Source: Octopus sinensis
Taxonomy: Eukaryota
Length of the DNA stretch: 64,000 bases
Direction of reading: 5' to 3'
Assembly (NCBI RefSeq): GCF_006345805.1
Contig: NC_043017.1
Location: 18,538,001-18,602,000, forward strand
The notes under the pieces are model-generated. The model was not told where the DNA came from, made no database searches, and saw nothing but the letters and a program-made list of their open reading frames with translations. This document shows positions 61,419-64,000 of this stretch, one piece after another. Each line of letters begins with the position of its first letter. The first letter of the stretch is position 1. A program made the translations under genes and the position numbers.

Positions 61419-62364
61419 CCCTCTTTGAAAACCAGACAACTCTTTTGCTTCTGGTGTTCATGACATGGCTTGTTGCTATAAACAATATAATCACCATTTT
61501 ACTCACACATTGCAATACTTCAAACAAATTTTCTAACAATCAGTATACTACAATCTGAAATGAAAACCGAATAATATAACATATATTATGAAGCAGCACA
61601 TATTGTGTGCAAGAATAAAAGAGTATAATGAGGGGTGTCTATTTACTTTTGAGATGTCTTAGTTCATATAATGGGCTTCTTTCAAAATCCTCTCATCAGG
61701 CACTTGTTGGCCCAATGCACCACATGGTGGGACTTGAAACTATATAGTTGGGAAGACATATTTTTCAACCACATGACTATGCCACTGCCATATACATATG
61801 TGTGTGTCTACACACACACAGATACACACACAGGCATGGCTATGTGGTTAAGAAGTTTGCTTCTACAATAGTCCTGAGCTGTCCAAAGCCTTGTGAGTGA
61901 ATTTGGTACATGAAAACTGAAAGACTCCTATTGTATATAAGTATGGCTAAGTTACTGTTTATGTAAACCTAGCTAATTATTAATAATTAAGCAGTGAAGA
62001 AATGGCAGTCTTTGTCTGACTAATCTGCTACCAACAACTCATCTGAAACATTTCAAAATTTAATGTCAATTTGGATCCAAAGTTTGCTAATCAGTAGTCT
62101 CTAATATTTAATAAAGTTGTCTGGCTGAATGGTCAGCATGCTGGTTGAAATGCTTAACAGCATTCTGTCCATCTTTTCATTCTGTGTTCAGATTCTGCCG
62201 AGGTCAACTTAGCCTTTCATTCTTTCAGGGTTGATGAAATAAGTACCAGTTGAATACTGGGGTCCGATGTAATTAACTTAAATTGCTGGCCTTGTACCAA
62301 AATTCGAAACCGATAATATTGTTTAGCTTAGATTTCCTTTCCTTAACTGTGGTTCTGTCTTCAG

Positions 62365-62562
62365 GTCTGCTGTGCCGGATCAAAGCTTCTTGTGCAAGAA
62401 CCCATTTATGAAGAAATGATCAGCAGACTTAAGAAGCGATTGGATTGTTTTCGCATAGGATCTGGCCAAGACAAAGCCATAGATATGGGTGCCATTGTGA
62501 ACGAGAGTCAAAGAAAATCTATTGATTCTTATGTAGAAGAAGCAAGGAACGAAGGAGCCAAG
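62365..62562 (+). CDS. ALDH16A1: ALDH16A1 exon 7 (VCCAGSKLLVQE...DMGAIV...EGAK)
   Basis: 198 nt, cttcag/GTAAGT; catalytic Cys codon TGC at 62368-62370. Confidence 0.95.
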
Positions 62563-62756
62563 GTAAGTTTAGTGTTCCTGTCTCTCCCAGTTCCTTTATT
62601 CAGGACCATCAAAATATGCTTGTCCCCAATGACCTTTTGATTATGGTGGTGGTGGCAGCGGCAGAAGGTGAGTATTTGAGAGAGTAGACAAATGATTAAC
62701 TGAATAAATTGTAATTTCTTGAGCCATTTATTTCCTTGTTTTCCAAATTCATGCAG

Positions 62757-62855
62757 GTGTATCAACCATTGTTGACGATGCCAAACAAAAGATGTTTCTA
62801 TCTACCCACCTTAATTACAGATGTCCAGACAGTCTCCAGAGTTGTTGAAGAAGAG
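62757..62855 (+). CDS. ALDH16A1: ALDH16A1 exon 8 (VYQPLLTMPNKRCFYLPTLITDVQTVSRVVEEE)
   Basis: 99 nt, atgcag/GTAATT, phase 0/0. Confidence 0.92.
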
Positions 62856-63228
62856 GTAATTTTCTAGCTGTCTTTTATTCTTTTACTGGTTTCAGTCAGT
62901 GGATTGTGGCCATGCTGGAGCAGCTCTTCCAACAATTTCAGATGATCTCATCAATCCACCCTGGTACCTATGCTAAGTTTCTGCTTTATACGTGAAGGGA
63001 CAAAACTCGATGCTGGTAACCCCTGCAGAGACTCAAGTACCACCATGTGCACACACACACACACACACACACACACAACAGGCTTCTTTCAGTTTTTGCC
63101 TACCAAATCTACTCAAACACTTTGGTCAGTCTGGGTCTATAGTAGAAGACACTTTCCCAAGATGCCATGCAGTGGGATTGAACCTGAATCCTTATGGTTG
63201 GAAAGCAAACTTCATAACCACTCATACA

Positions 63229-63259
<31 letters not shown>

Positions 63260-63464
63260 GTATATGTATGTGTGTTTGTGCATATATGTACGTATATATG
63301 CGTGTATGTATCTCTCTCTGTATATGTGTGTGTGTGTGTATATGTATGTGTGTTTGTGCATATATGTATGTATATATGCATGTATGTATCTCTCTCTCTG
63401 TATATGTGTGTCTGTGTGTACCCTTATTTCTCTGTATATTTGTAATTTTCTTCCATTCCTACAG

Positions 63465-63707
63465 ATCTTTGGTCCTGTGCTGGTAGCCATGTCTTTCCGT
63501 ACAGCAAAAGAAGCCATCAAATTGGCCAACAACACGATATATGGTCTTGGAGCGAGTGTGTGGACAGAAACCTCAGCTCTTGGTTTAGAAGTGGCATCAG
63601 CCATCCATGCCGGAGCCGTCTGGATCAACTGCCACAACGTGTTTGATGCAGCTGCTGGATTTGGAGGGTTTAAACAGAGTGGTTATGGACGCGATGGTGG
63701 GAAAGAG
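63465..63707 (+). CDS. ALDH16A1: ALDH16A1 exon 9 (IFGPVLVAMSFRTAKEAIKLANNT...FGGFKQSGYGRDGGKE); gene continues past the window
   Basis: 243 nt, ctacag/GTAAGT; FRTAKEA is as in human ALDH16A1. The ALDH16-specific C-terminal extra domain is not in the window. Confidence 0.95.
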
Positions 63708-64000
63708 GTAAGTTCGAGGTAGGAATGGTGTGAGTGTTGTGGGTGAAGAGGGAAGACTAGTGTGGAGGTTGTGGTGATGGTGGGGGAAAATTGTAGTGAA
63801 GTGGTGATGATGGATGATGTTGTTTATTGCTAGAGAAGTAAGACTGGTTGTGGTGGTGATGTTCTGACTGAACAGATCTGTGATCAAAGCTAATCTGGCC
63901 ATGGCCATCCTGTACAAGGAACCCAGGCCAACATTATCCAGCATGTATTTGTTTTAAAGATTGTGGAAATGTGATTTGTGGGAGATTTGACTGATTTGGC

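Overview
AT-rich, microsatellite- and transposon-dense animal genomic DNA. The SINE/LINE/MITE repertoire looks like that of an octopus (coleoid cephalopod); this is an inference from recalled repeat families. Three spliced protein-coding genes can be rebuilt from GT-AG exons whose phases join correctly. (1) The 5' coding part of HERC1 (minus strand, ATG 6499, four exons, runs off the left edge inside the first RCC1-like domain). (2) A complete 10-exon PIH1D1 (minus, 43596 to 27151, 312 aa). (3) The first nine coding exons of an ALDH16A1-like gene (plus, ATG 46651, runs off the right edge). It is head-to-head with PIH1D1, as in human, and retains the catalytic Cys and Glu. Best non-genic signals: an apparently intact type I hammerhead ribozyme in the sense strand of ALDH16A1 intron 2 (56814-56913); a second, decayed hammerhead (34530-34564); a LINE whose 3' stem-loop matches that of the abundant tRNA-derived SINE with a compensatory base change; a tandem duplicate of that LINE that may be an assembly artefact; and several long fold-back elements. 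No rRNA, true tRNA or CRISPR was found. Most of the other listed ORFs are microsatellite or antisense noise.
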